DNA of 29,162 nt, taken from IMG/VR virus record IMGVR_UViG_3300030392_001226, positions 1 to 29,162 of that record; one strand, written 5' to 3'. Positions 7,700-15,666 of this stretch are shown here, in pieces (within the stretch, counting starts at the first letter, position 1; every line of letters starts with the position of its first letter). The stretch comes from a virus (lineage: Duplodnaviria > Caudoviricetes). The position numbers were made by a program, and so were the translations under genes. The notes under the pieces were generated by a model that was not told the origin of the DNA, did not search any database, and worked only from the letters and a program-made list of their open reading frames with translations.

Positions 7700-7916
7700 C
7701 TCTAATCTCTGGATGCTTATCCATAATTGCTTCCCATAATCTCTGTTCTCCTGATTTAGAAGGATCTAGATTATGTTCAGATTTCTCATGTTCCTGCATT
7801 ACGTTAATTAATAAGGCGTTGTCACAAATCGAACAACCAAACTGTATAAAATCACAATTAGGAAATTTACATGTCCTTGAGATTGTCTCTGAATGATCTG
7901 GATGATTATTAAACAT
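7692..7916 (-). CDS. Small C2H2-like Zn-finger protein
   Basis: CKFPNC...HEKSEH. Likely start is ATG 7916 after GGAG; the track start is 7928. Confidence 0.7.
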   Translation of the reverse strand: MFNNHPDHSETISRTCKFPNCDFIQFGCSICDNALLINVMQEHEKSEHNLDPSKSGEQRLWEAIMDKHPEIRDA

Positions 7917-8181
7917 GCTTAACTCCACATAATGATCGCTTCATTAAATACTGGTTATATAAATTACATCCATGAGGAGTTCCTAACATTTCTGGTTTTG
8001 TAAAATATAGAAACATTTTCTGAATATTCTTATGCTCGTTAAAACTTCCAGGATTCCTCTTAATTCTCTCTTGATTCCATGTGCATCCATTAGGGAAAGA
8101 TTTCTCTGGAGTTATTTTTCTAATCCTAGTTGGTGTAAGAAATCCACCATTAAATACTTTCTGTGTACTGTATTTAACCAT
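7909..8181 (-). CDS. Hypothetical basic protein
   Basis: TAATG-coupled 90-aa ORF. Confidence 0.65.
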   Translation of the reverse strand: MVKYSTQKVFNGGFLTPTRIRKITPEKSFPNGCTWNQERIKRNPGSFNEHKNIQKMFLYFTKPEMLGTPHGCNLYNQYLMKRSLCGVKHV

Positions 8182-8420
8182 TAGGATTTTCCTTCTACAG
8201 GTCTCATTATCCTGCCTAGAATCTGCTGGAGATTATCTAAGATTAGAATCTTGATAATATGTCTAGCCTTATTAGCTTTACCCTCAATAATTACATCTAA
8301 TTTAATAGAATCTAAATTCTCATCGTCTCTAATGAGATCAAGTAAATCTATTTCGTTCTCAGGAATAAATCCGTCAAACTTAAATTCAATGATTACTCTA
8401 GTTGTTTCTTCTACTCTCAT
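8181..8420 (-). CDS. Hypothetical protein
   Basis: 79-aa ORF within the operon. Confidence 0.65.
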   Translation of the reverse strand: MRVEETTRVIIEFKFDGFIPENEIDLLDLIRDDENLDSIKLDVIIEGKANKARHIIKILILDNLQQILGRIMRPVEGKS

Positions 8421-8429
8421 CTCTTAATC

Positions 8430-8666
8430 CTATGGTTCAATGTGCCCTAGATTTCCTATTTGATTTCCCAACGTTTTCGCGTCTGAATAATATTCTTCTT
8501 CTTCTGTTAATTCTGCCCAACTCATCAGATCTAAATAATCTGTAAATTGCCTAGATTCATTACAATTCTTGCAATTCGCTAGATTTTTGCTGTTAATAAT
8601 CCAATAATGCTTACAAGAATTTCTGTTAATTTCTCTATTAATATTGCTGTTAATTTCTCTTGTCAA
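8430..8666 (-). CDS. Small Zn-binding protein (CxHxWxI...CxxC)
   Basis: CKHYWII...CKNC...RQF; TTG start; short internal duplication giving REIN twice. Confidence 0.7.
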   Translation of the reverse strand: MTREINSNINREINRNSCKHYWIINSKNLANCKNCNESRQFTDYLDLMSWAELTEEEEYYSDAKTLGNQIGNLGHIEP

Positions 8667-8738
8667 TTGAAATCCTAATTATTTTAGAAATAAGAATTCT
8701 CCTGGTGAGCCTTTTAAAGTCTTGCTCAGGACTACTAA

Positions 8739-9383
8739 TTATTTGGTTTCAGATTTAGCTTTTTTCAGACTCTCCAAAATCTGTTGCTCTGATGTATCTA
8801 CCATTACAGATCCACGTCTCCACCCGTTAGATCCTATAGTTGCTCCAACAATATTCAGATTCTTCTCTTCTCCTGAAATTGCTATTGCCATTTTCGTTCC
8901 GGTCTTCTTAGCTGTGAAGGTTAATTCTATTGTTGCTACTCTGTTCCCACTGTCCCTAATCGCTATGAGTTCCGCCCTGAGATTCTCATTCGCCCACAAA
9001 TTTTTCTTGAATAAATCCACTGCTGTATTACAAGACTCTGTGGTTAATTTCTCATTAGGATTCTTAGCTTTTTTCTGCTCTGTGACTAGACCGTTAAAGT
9101 GCTTAATAGCTGTGTCAATTCTAGCGGTCTTGACATTAGTAGCATGCCCTCTGTCGTCTATAGTCAGTGAGCATAGGAGCCCATTAGCTATCGGAAGATC
9201 CTTCACCTTGTCCCACGTGCTAGCGTCTAAGCTATACCCATCGAACAGATAGTGTGTACCCTCTGTTAGCTCTGTACCGTAGTAATTCATTTGTTCTTCT
9301 CCTGTTCTACTTTCTAATTCAGCAGATAGACCGATTGCAACAGTTTTGATCTCTGTGCGTTCCTGCTCTTCTCTGATTTCCAT
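8739..9383 (-). CDS. Hypothetical protein, first gene of the leftward arm (probably leaderless)
   Basis: 214 aa; TATAAT (9390-9395) lies 6 nt before the ATG; no SD. Confidence 0.8.
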   Translation of the reverse strand: MEIREEQERTEIKTVAIGLSAELESRTGEEQMNYYGTELTEGTHYLFDGYSLDASTWDKVKDLPIANGLLCSLTIDDRGHATNVKTARIDTAIKHFNGLVTEQKKAKNPNEKLTTESCNTAVDLFKKNLWANENLRAELIAIRDSGNRVATIELTFTAKKTGTKMAIAISGEEKNLNIVGATIGSNGWRRGSVMVDTSEQQILESLKKAKSETK

Positions 9384-9531
9384 AGCTGTATTATAGATCC
9401 TATAGGCATAAATCGTATAGTATTATGGGTTACAGCCAAAACGTGCATAATATATTACGATTCATCTTCATTAGAACAAAAGTAGAACAAGAGTATTCAG
9501 GAATAGAATAGGTTCATGTTAGAATATGAAA
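9384..9531. promoter_or_regulatory. Divergent promoter region
   Basis: Leftward TATAAT at 9390-9395; rightward TGnTAGAAT at 9517-9525; inverted repeat at 9411-9462; GAAC-N7-GAAC direct repeat at 9474-9488. Confidence 0.65.
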
Positions 9532-9870
9532 ATGAATGAACCAGAGGGTAGGGTTGTAGAATTAGAGCGGGAGTTATTAGAATCCAAAACCAAGATTATA
9601 GAGCTAGAGGCTAAGACAAAAACTACACTTAGTGGATCTCAGTTTCTAACAATTTGTTTAGTAGGGCCATTGTTTCTTGCGTTCGTAACGCTGGGGGTTT
9701 TGATAATTTGGAAAACCACGAGTAAGCCAGCTGAGATTGCGCCGCATTTAGATATAATACTCGTAGCGTTTGCTATATTCGCTAATCCTGTCACGGCTGC
9801 CGCAAGTGTAATCGTGAGTTTAATGCAAGATGAGATCAGGGGTAGGATAAAGTCAGAGGAAGGTAAATAG
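9526..9870 (+). CDS. Two-TM membrane protein with an N-terminal coiled coil (holin-like)
   Basis: Hydrophobic segments FLTICLVGPLFLAFVTLGVLIIW and IILVAFAIFANPVTAAASVIVSL; charged C-terminus; M-K-M dual start (9526/9532). Confidence 0.6.
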   Translation: MKMNEPEGRVVELERELLESKTKIIELEAKTKTTLSGSQFLTICLVGPLFLAFVTLGVLIIWKTTSKPAEIAPHLDIILVAFAIFANPVTAAASVIVSLMQDEIRGRIKSEEGK

Positions 9871-9876
9871 GGTGTT

Positions 9877-10755
9877 ATGAAGAAAATATCTTTTTCCATG
9901 CCAAATTTGAAAATTAGTATTGGACGTTTCGGTTCTTTTGCTTTTCCTAATTTTTTGAAATTTCGATTGCCGTTCCCGACAGGGATATATCTTGGTGGGG
10001 GTAAGCTGATTATAGCTAGCTTGAGTTTTGTGGCATTAGGGTTCTTGGCATCACTCTTTTTACTTGTGAGTAAAGGTGAGCAACAGATAGTCTTCCCTGC
10101 GCTTGGTGCTAGTTATGAGGCTCCTAATATGGTTGGACATCCGATAGTGGATGCTGAGTTTCCTGCACAAAGGAGTCAGACTCTCCAGTTAAATATACCG
10201 CAAGGTACTAGATTGAATGAGATTACTTTTAAGAATGTCGATCTTGGCAAAGAGGGATTGACGAATGCTTTTCAGTTAACAGGTACTAGTACTACGGATA
10301 TGCTCACTATAGATACGATGATTATCAGGAACAGTGAGTTTCCAACAATGGATTGGGCGAATGGATATATTTATAAAATTAACGCAACCAGTTCGGTTGT
10401 GGTCGCAGGGCATACTCTCTCTCCTACAATGGCTTCTACGACTAATCAAGTACAGATTGGTGGAGGTCGTGGGGCTACAAGTTATGTGGCTGAAGACATG
10501 GTGGTGGACAGAATCATAATTAGACAAACAACAACAGGTGGCGATGTTTTAATCGAGAAATTAATTTTAGATGGGGTTAAGGGATGGACAGGTGCTTTTG
10601 ACGCAGATTATTTCGAAATCGGAACACTGACTCTTGAGAATGTCAGGATAGGTGATGATGGTGATATCAATACAGCTTCTTTTGTCGTTAACAGTTCTGT
10701 GGAAGTAAATAGTATTGAGGATGGAATTGTAGACGAACCAGTATTCATAAGGTAA
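9877..10755 (+). CDS. Membrane-anchored beta-rich protein
   Basis: Basic/aromatic N-terminus, TM segment LIIASLSFVALGFLASLFLLV, then repeated I/L-x-I/L beta strands (beta-helix-like). Confidence 0.65.
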   Translation: MKKISFSMPNLKISIGRFGSFAFPNFLKFRLPFPTGIYLGGGKLIIASLSFVALGFLASLFLLVSKGEQQIVFPALGASYEAPNMVGHPIVDAEFPAQRSQTLQLNIPQGTRLNEITFKNVDLGKEGLTNAFQLTGTSTTDMLTIDTMIIRNSEFPTMDWANGYIYKINATSSVVVAGHTLSPTMASTTNQVQIGGGRGATSYVAEDMVVDRIIIRQTTTGGDVLIEKLILDGVKGWTGAFDADYFEIGTLTLENVRIGDDGDINTASFVVNSSVEVNSIEDGIVDEPVFIR

Positions 10756-10758
10756 AAC

Positions 10759-11412
10759 ATGAACGTAACAACTTTAGCTGAATTAGAAGAACATTACGGT
10801 GAACCTCAACTCTCAACTGATGGAGATCCTATTTGTGGAAGAGGGAAGAAGTTAGGTGGTGTTTGTAGGTTTGAAGCAGGTTGGGGAACAGATCACGTAG
10901 GGTTTGGCCCGTGTAAACATCATGATAATGAGGATCGTATGAAGATAGCTCTTCCCAATAAAGGAAGAGTTATTTATTCAGGTATTGCTCAGAATGCCAG
11001 GCTAAGAGAACATCTGCAACAGGAAGAGAAAAGAGGTGAGTTAGATAATCTTGATGGAGAGATAGTTCTTCTACGCGCTATGCTTAAAATTCTTGTAGAG
11101 AAGTATGGCGAGAAGATGTTAGATGACGAGACTCTTGATCTTCTTGAGTTTGGAACAGACTTTGCAACTGTAGATGCTCAAACTAAATCTCTTGTTAATC
11201 TTGTAGATAAAATCAGCACTAGTATTAAGAGGAAGTATGAGGTGTTGCAAATAGCAGGTTCTACTTTAACCAGAGAAAGAGTAAGAGGTTATGTTAACGA
11301 GATTCAACTTGCTCTTGGTCAGGTACTAAGAAATGAATGTCCTAGCTGTAAGAAACTTCATCACCAGAGAGATAATGCTATAGAAGCGATAAGGCGAGTA
11401 GGGGAACTTTAA
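10759..11412 (+). CDS. Terminase small subunit (putative)
   Basis: CG.......C...AGWGTDHVGFGPCKHH Zn motif typical of HGGxSTG-type TerS; helical LDGEIVLLRA segment; lies upstream of TerL. Confidence 0.7.
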   Translation: MNVTTLAELEEHYGEPQLSTDGDPICGRGKKLGGVCRFEAGWGTDHVGFGPCKHHDNEDRMKIALPNKGRVIYSGIAQNARLREHLQQEEKRGELDNLDGEIVLLRAMLKILVEKYGEKMLDDETLDLLEFGTDFATVDAQTKSLVNLVDKISTSIKRKYEVLQIAGSTLTRERVRGYVNEIQLALGQVLRNECPSCKKLHHQRDNAIEAIRRVGEL

Positions 11413-11894
11413 TGTTTCAATATAAGGTTAAGGTTACTAGGGTTGTTGATGGGGATACTGTAGATGTGGATATAGACCTTGGCTTTAAGGTGTGGCTTAG
11501 AGATGAGAGAGTTAGATTTATGGGAATAGATACCCCTGAGTCTAGAACTTCAAATAAACGAGAGAAAATTCTTGGCAATAAGAGTAAAGCGAGACTGAAG
11601 GAACTGATTAAAGAAAACAAGGGATATATTGTTTTAGAGACTACTAAAGAAGGTAAAGGAAAGTTTGGAAGGATACTTGGATATCTTAATACCGAACTAA
11701 ATGATGGGCCGTCCTTTAATCAGATTCTTGTAGATGAAGGACACGCTAGACCTTATTTTGGTGGGAGCAAGAACGAGATGGGTGAATGGACTAAAGAAGA
11801 AGGATGTGAGTGTGGAGGAAAGAGGGCGTTTAGTAGATGTAAAGGAACATGGTCTAGGTGGACTCGTAATGGTTACATTCCGTTTGATAACTAA
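11412..11894 (+). CDS. SNase-like (thermonuclease) nuclease
   Basis: RVVDGDTV, RVRFMGIDTPE, GKFGRILG and LVDEGHA motifs. Confidence 0.9.
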   Translation: MFQYKVKVTRVVDGDTVDVDIDLGFKVWLRDERVRFMGIDTPESRTSNKREKILGNKSKARLKELIKENKGYIVLETTKEGKGKFGRILGYLNTELNDGPSFNQILVDEGHARPYFGGSKNEMGEWTKEEGCECGGKRAFSRCKGTWSRWTRNGYIPFDN

Positions 11895-11897
11895 GTA

Positions 11898-12308
11898 ATG
11901 GATTTTAAAAACATGAAAGTAAGTATTGGCATTGTTATTGCCATAGTTGCACAAGCATTCGGAGTTATCTGGTATATAGCCCAAATGGACAGTACCGTTA
12001 AAAACCTAGATTCTACAGTTGCAACAATGCAAGAGTCTCAGGCAACAGTTGATGTTGCTGTACTCCAGACAACAGTTGAAAGTTTAAAAGAGAAACTTGA
12101 TTCACTAGAGACATTTGACTCTTCAGATTTAGAAGAAGCTATTGAGGAACTTGATGAGGCAATAGACCTTTTGGATAAACGCTCTGGAATTGTAGAGAAT
12201 GAAATGAGAACTATTATGTCTGATCACAGTGGATTCAATGATGCTCTGAAGGAGTTAGGATTATCGGGATACTCAGACAAACGTACATATGGTAATTATG
12301 ATAATTAG
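11898..12308 (+). CDS. Single-TM coiled-coil protein
   Basis: N-terminal TM VSIGIVIAIVAQAFGVIWYI followed by a long heptad region. Confidence 0.7.
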   Translation: MDFKNMKVSIGIVIAIVAQAFGVIWYIAQMDSTVKNLDSTVATMQESQATVDVAVLQTTVESLKEKLDSLETFDSSDLEEAIEELDEAIDLLDKRSGIVENEMRTIMSDHSGFNDALKELGLSGYSDKRTYGNYDN

Positions 12309-12319
12309 AAGGCTGTTCG

Positions 12320-13111
12320 ATGCCTAGAAAAACAGCAGACATGGAAAGCATATCGATCCTTTCAGGAATGAGAGAAAGATCTGTTTCTGAAGAACGTGCA
12401 TATGATCACCCTGCTTATTTTCATGAATACATCTTCAACCAAACTCTAGCTCCTTTTCAATGGGAGATTATGGAAACATTAATGGAAGGAGATACGAATC
12501 CTTCTAATGCTGACGTTAATCCATTACTTATCCTCGCTCCAAGAAATCATGGTAAAACCTCACTGGCTGGAGAAAGCTTTCCTCTATGGAAGGTTGGCAG
12601 AGACAGGATGGAGTTAGTTCAGGTTATTAGTTCAGTTATCTCTCTTGCTATAGAACGCATGGGGAAAATAGAAAGTTGTATAAGATTCAACGAAAGATAC
12701 AGAAATATGTTCGGGGACTTATATCCCGATGCTTCAGATTATACGTGGAAGACAGACAGATTCGAAGTTGTTCGAGACAGAACTGCCGCTTGGGAAAGTG
12801 GAAATATACAGAGAGATGCTACCTTTGCCGCATTTGGGATTACTACAAGCGTGGAGGGTGGACGAGCGACATTACAGATTTATGACGATATTGTTAGCTT
12901 TGAAAATAGTCAGAGCGAGACTAATAGAAGGAATATCTCAAGTAAGTTCTGGATGAGCTTTGATCCAATGCTTATGCCTAAAGGCCAACAGATATTCTTG
13001 GGAACAAGGTTTCATTATGATGATCTATATGCAGAACTGATTCCTATATTAGATCACCAGAAACTCTACACTGACCTTTATCCTTCAATGCTTGAGAGTT
13101 CAGTAGCTTAA
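12320..13111 (+). CDS. Terminase large subunit, N-terminal ATPase part
   Basis: Q motif LAPFQ, Walker A APRNHGKT, Walker B GGRATLQIYDD, coupling motif LGTRFHYDDLY. Confidence 0.9.
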   Translation: MPRKTADMESISILSGMRERSVSEERAYDHPAYFHEYIFNQTLAPFQWEIMETLMEGDTNPSNADVNPLLILAPRNHGKTSLAGESFPLWKVGRDRMELVQVISSVISLAIERMGKIESCIRFNERYRNMFGDLYPDASDYTWKTDRFEVVRDRTAAWESGNIQRDATFAAFGITTSVEGGRATLQIYDDIVSFENSQSETNRRNISSKFWMSFDPMLMPKGQQIFLGTRFHYDDLYAELIPILDHQKLYTDLYPSMLESSVA

Positions 13112-14058
13112 TGGGAGTGAGAATATATCAGGCGATTAAACCTGATGGGAGTGTTCTGTGGGAAGCTGAACGTCCTCTGGAATGGCTAGAGAGGAAACGT
13201 AAAGCTATGCCACCTAGTTTGTTTAATGCTCAATATCAGAATGATCCCAGTGGAATGCGTGGAGTTAAGTTTGATATAGATTGGCTTCATTTCTACGATG
13301 ACATAACTCTACCTCCTATCCATAAACTAATTGGTGTCCAAGGTGGTGACCCTGCAACATCTGAAGGGGAAAGTGCAAATTACTTTGGACATTGCACAGC
13401 GGCTAAAGACCCTGATACTGGAATAGTCTATGTACTTGATTTTGCATTTGGTAAGATTTCAGCTCCAAAGCATCTTGAATTTCTTTATGCTCAATATATA
13501 ACTTGGCGCAGAAGAGGACTGAATATCTCTAAAGTTATCCTTGAGACTAATGGCCCACAGCAAGCCACGACTCAACATCTCGTTAATCAAACACGAAATG
13601 ATTCCAGAGGTGCTATGCCTATAGAGACAGTAGTTCCTAGAGGTTCTAAAGAACAGAGGTATGATGCAATCATTCCTTTTATAGCTAATGGATCTGTTAG
13701 ATTTAAAGGCGAGAGGCGTGGGGATGAGATGAACATGAGTTCTGAAAATGGATTTAAGGAATTCCAACAGGAGTATTCTGCATTTCCAAGAGGAGGCAGA
13801 GATGATATTCTTGACGCACTCTGGATTGCTACCAATGAATTAACTTCAACTATTGATGCCGCAGGGGTGGGAGAAATAGAAGCAACTCTATCTCTTGCTG
13901 AAATTGAAGCTAATGAAGAAGGGTATGAAGGAAAGCAGAAACAGAGATATCTTTTAGATAGAATTGCCAGCTTACGTGAAGAAGACAATAACTCTGCTAA
14001 AGAAAGAGTGTTGAGTAGCACAGGCAGAGGAAGTTTATTTCATAGAGGATTGAGGTAA
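13111..14058 (+). CDS. Terminase large subunit, C-terminal nuclease part
   Basis: LW.E...FNAQYQNDP linker; RNase H-like acidic residues in GGDPA, ILETNG and RDDILDA. Confidence 0.9.
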   Translation: MGVRIYQAIKPDGSVLWEAERPLEWLERKRKAMPPSLFNAQYQNDPSGMRGVKFDIDWLHFYDDITLPPIHKLIGVQGGDPATSEGESANYFGHCTAAKDPDTGIVYVLDFAFGKISAPKHLEFLYAQYITWRRRGLNISKVILETNGPQQATTQHLVNQTRNDSRGAMPIETVVPRGSKEQRYDAIIPFIANGSVRFKGERRGDEMNMSSENGFKEFQQEYSAFPRGGRDDILDALWIATNELTSTIDAAGVGEIEATLSLAEIEANEEGYEGKQKQRYLLDRIASLREEDNNSAKERVLSSTGRGSLFHRGLR

Positions 14059-14060
14059 CT

Positions 14061-15617
14061 ATGGGTGCTAGAGACAGAGTTAAAGAATCTTGGAATGCCC
14101 TTAGAGGGAAAGAAGTTAAAGAAGCTATTTCCTATACAAGTACAGGTGAGCAAGATGACTATCTCTGGAAACCTATGGGGTCAGGAAGAAAAGAGAAGAA
14201 TCTTCCGTCTGTCACTCAACAACATTCAGTAGATTACGCTCATTACTTCTACAAGAGTAATCCAATTGCGAAAAGAATTATTGATCTTACTGCTGAATAT
14301 GTGGTTGGTGATGGCATTACCTATATTGCAGAAGATGCAAATGTTCAAGAAATACTTGATGCCCATTGGACTGATCCAACAAATAACTGGACGATTCACC
14401 AATTCTCAAGAGTTAGAGACTTAGGTCTTACTGGAGAACTCTGTATTCCTGTTTATGTGAATGAAGCAAATGGTCATGTCACTCTTGGGAATATAGATAC
14501 TTCCATGATTGAAACTGTTGTCGAACATCCAGATAACAGTATGAAGCAACAGTTAATCATACTGAGAAAACTTCCTAAAGAGAGTTATAGAAGAGCCTAC
14601 AGGGTTATTGATACCAGTTCTGCTGAAATGGGAAGTAAAGAGCATGGCAGATTAGTTGGCCTTAATTGTGGGACTGTCTCAGGTGCAGATTTCTCTAAAG
14701 GCGACATTATTGAACCTACAGGAACAGGAAGAAAATATAAGTGCGAGATTGCAGGTGCTTGCTTCTTCTTCACCATTAATAATCCAATGACAGCTAACAG
14801 GGGTTGGAGTGACCTCTTACCAGATATGGATTGGATAGATGCACATGATCAATTCCTATTCTCTAGTGTAGAGAAAGCAATAGAGAGTTCTAAGTATGTT
14901 CTAGATGTGACACTTCAGGGAAAGAATGAACAACAGATTCGCGAGTGGCTCAGAAATCAGAGAGCTTTAAAACCAGGAGAGAGGTTTGCTCATAACGAGA
15001 ACGTTAGCATGAACTTCCAAACTCCAGATCTAAAATTAGAAGATAGTGCGAGTTTAGCCAGTGTTCTTAAGAATCATGTTCTTGCAGGAGCAGGTCTTCC
15101 TCCCATTTGGTTTGCAGAGTCACTAACATCCAGAGCCTCTGCTCCTGAAATGACTGAACCGGCTTATAGACATCTAAGAATGCGACAGAAATATATAGCG
15201 TATGTCATTTCAAGAATATTCCGCTTTACACTTGACCAAGCTATTATTCATGGAAGATTACGTCAGGACATGAGAAGAAATGATAATAATTTGGCAAATA
15301 TTGAATCAGCCTCTTTCTATCTCCGAATGCCAGAAGTTTCCTTTAGGGATCAGAGAGCTAATGCAATTGCAGTAAGAAGTATTAGCACCGCATTAAAAGA
15401 TGGCATAACAAATGGATTTATTGAACAAGATGAGGCTGCTAGAATCTTCAGACGTTACTTGGGTTCTTCGGGAATAGATGCTGGAAGAGATGAGCCTAGA
15501 GAGAAAAGGGGCATGTATGATGTTGATACAACCCTTAAAGATTTATTCCAGATAGCTACAGAATCATCTGATATGGATGGGTTTACTTACTATCCATCAA
15601 AAGATCTTGTGAAATAA
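14061..15617 (+). CDS. Portal protein
   Basis: 518 aa directly after TerL; NPIAKRIIDLTAEYVVGDG, RGWSDL and AGLPPIW motifs; GAGG RBS. Confidence 0.85.
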   Translation: MGARDRVKESWNALRGKEVKEAISYTSTGEQDDYLWKPMGSGRKEKNLPSVTQQHSVDYAHYFYKSNPIAKRIIDLTAEYVVGDGITYIAEDANVQEILDAHWTDPTNNWTIHQFSRVRDLGLTGELCIPVYVNEANGHVTLGNIDTSMIETVVEHPDNSMKQQLIILRKLPKESYRRAYRVIDTSSAEMGSKEHGRLVGLNCGTVSGADFSKGDIIEPTGTGRKYKCEIAGACFFFTINNPMTANRGWSDLLPDMDWIDAHDQFLFSSVEKAIESSKYVLDVTLQGKNEQQIREWLRNQRALKPGERFAHNENVSMNFQTPDLKLEDSASLASVLKNHVLAGAGLPPIWFAESLTSRASAPEMTEPAYRHLRMRQKYIAYVISRIFRFTLDQAIIHGRLRQDMRRNDNNLANIESASFYLRMPEVSFRDQRANAIAVRSISTALKDGITNGFIEQDEAARIFRRYLGSSGIDAGRDEPREKRGMYDVDTTLKDLFQIATESSDMDGFTYYPSKDLVK

Positions 15618-15619
15618 AT

Positions 15620-15664
15620 TGGACAAGTATAAATTATTAACGTTATACTAGGGAAATGGAATAA
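15620..15664 (+). promoter_or_regulatory. Sigma70-like promoter with a leaderless ATG-GAA-TAA minigene
   Basis: TGGACA (15620-15625), 18 nt, TATACT (15644-15649), 6 nt, ATG GAA TAA (15656-15664), 2 nt, then the capsid ATG. Confidence 0.55.
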
Positions 15665-15666
15665 TC

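Noticed and set aside
124-7896. Short plus-strand ORFs 124..312, 1981..2268, 4447..4638 and 7687..7896
   Set aside because: They oppose a uniformly minus-strand, tightly coupled operon.
8623-8661. 14-bp direct repeat CTGTTAATTTCTCT
   Set aside because: Only two copies, an in-frame micro-duplication within a CDS; not an array.
8722-9252. 176-aa plus-strand ORF
   Set aside because: Antisense shadow of 8739..9383; no RBS, and its composition is typical of a reverse-frame read.
13093-13113. Programmed frameshift, intron or intein joining the TerL halves
   Set aside because: No slippery heptamer in the 15-nt shared window, no intervening sequence and no intein motifs.
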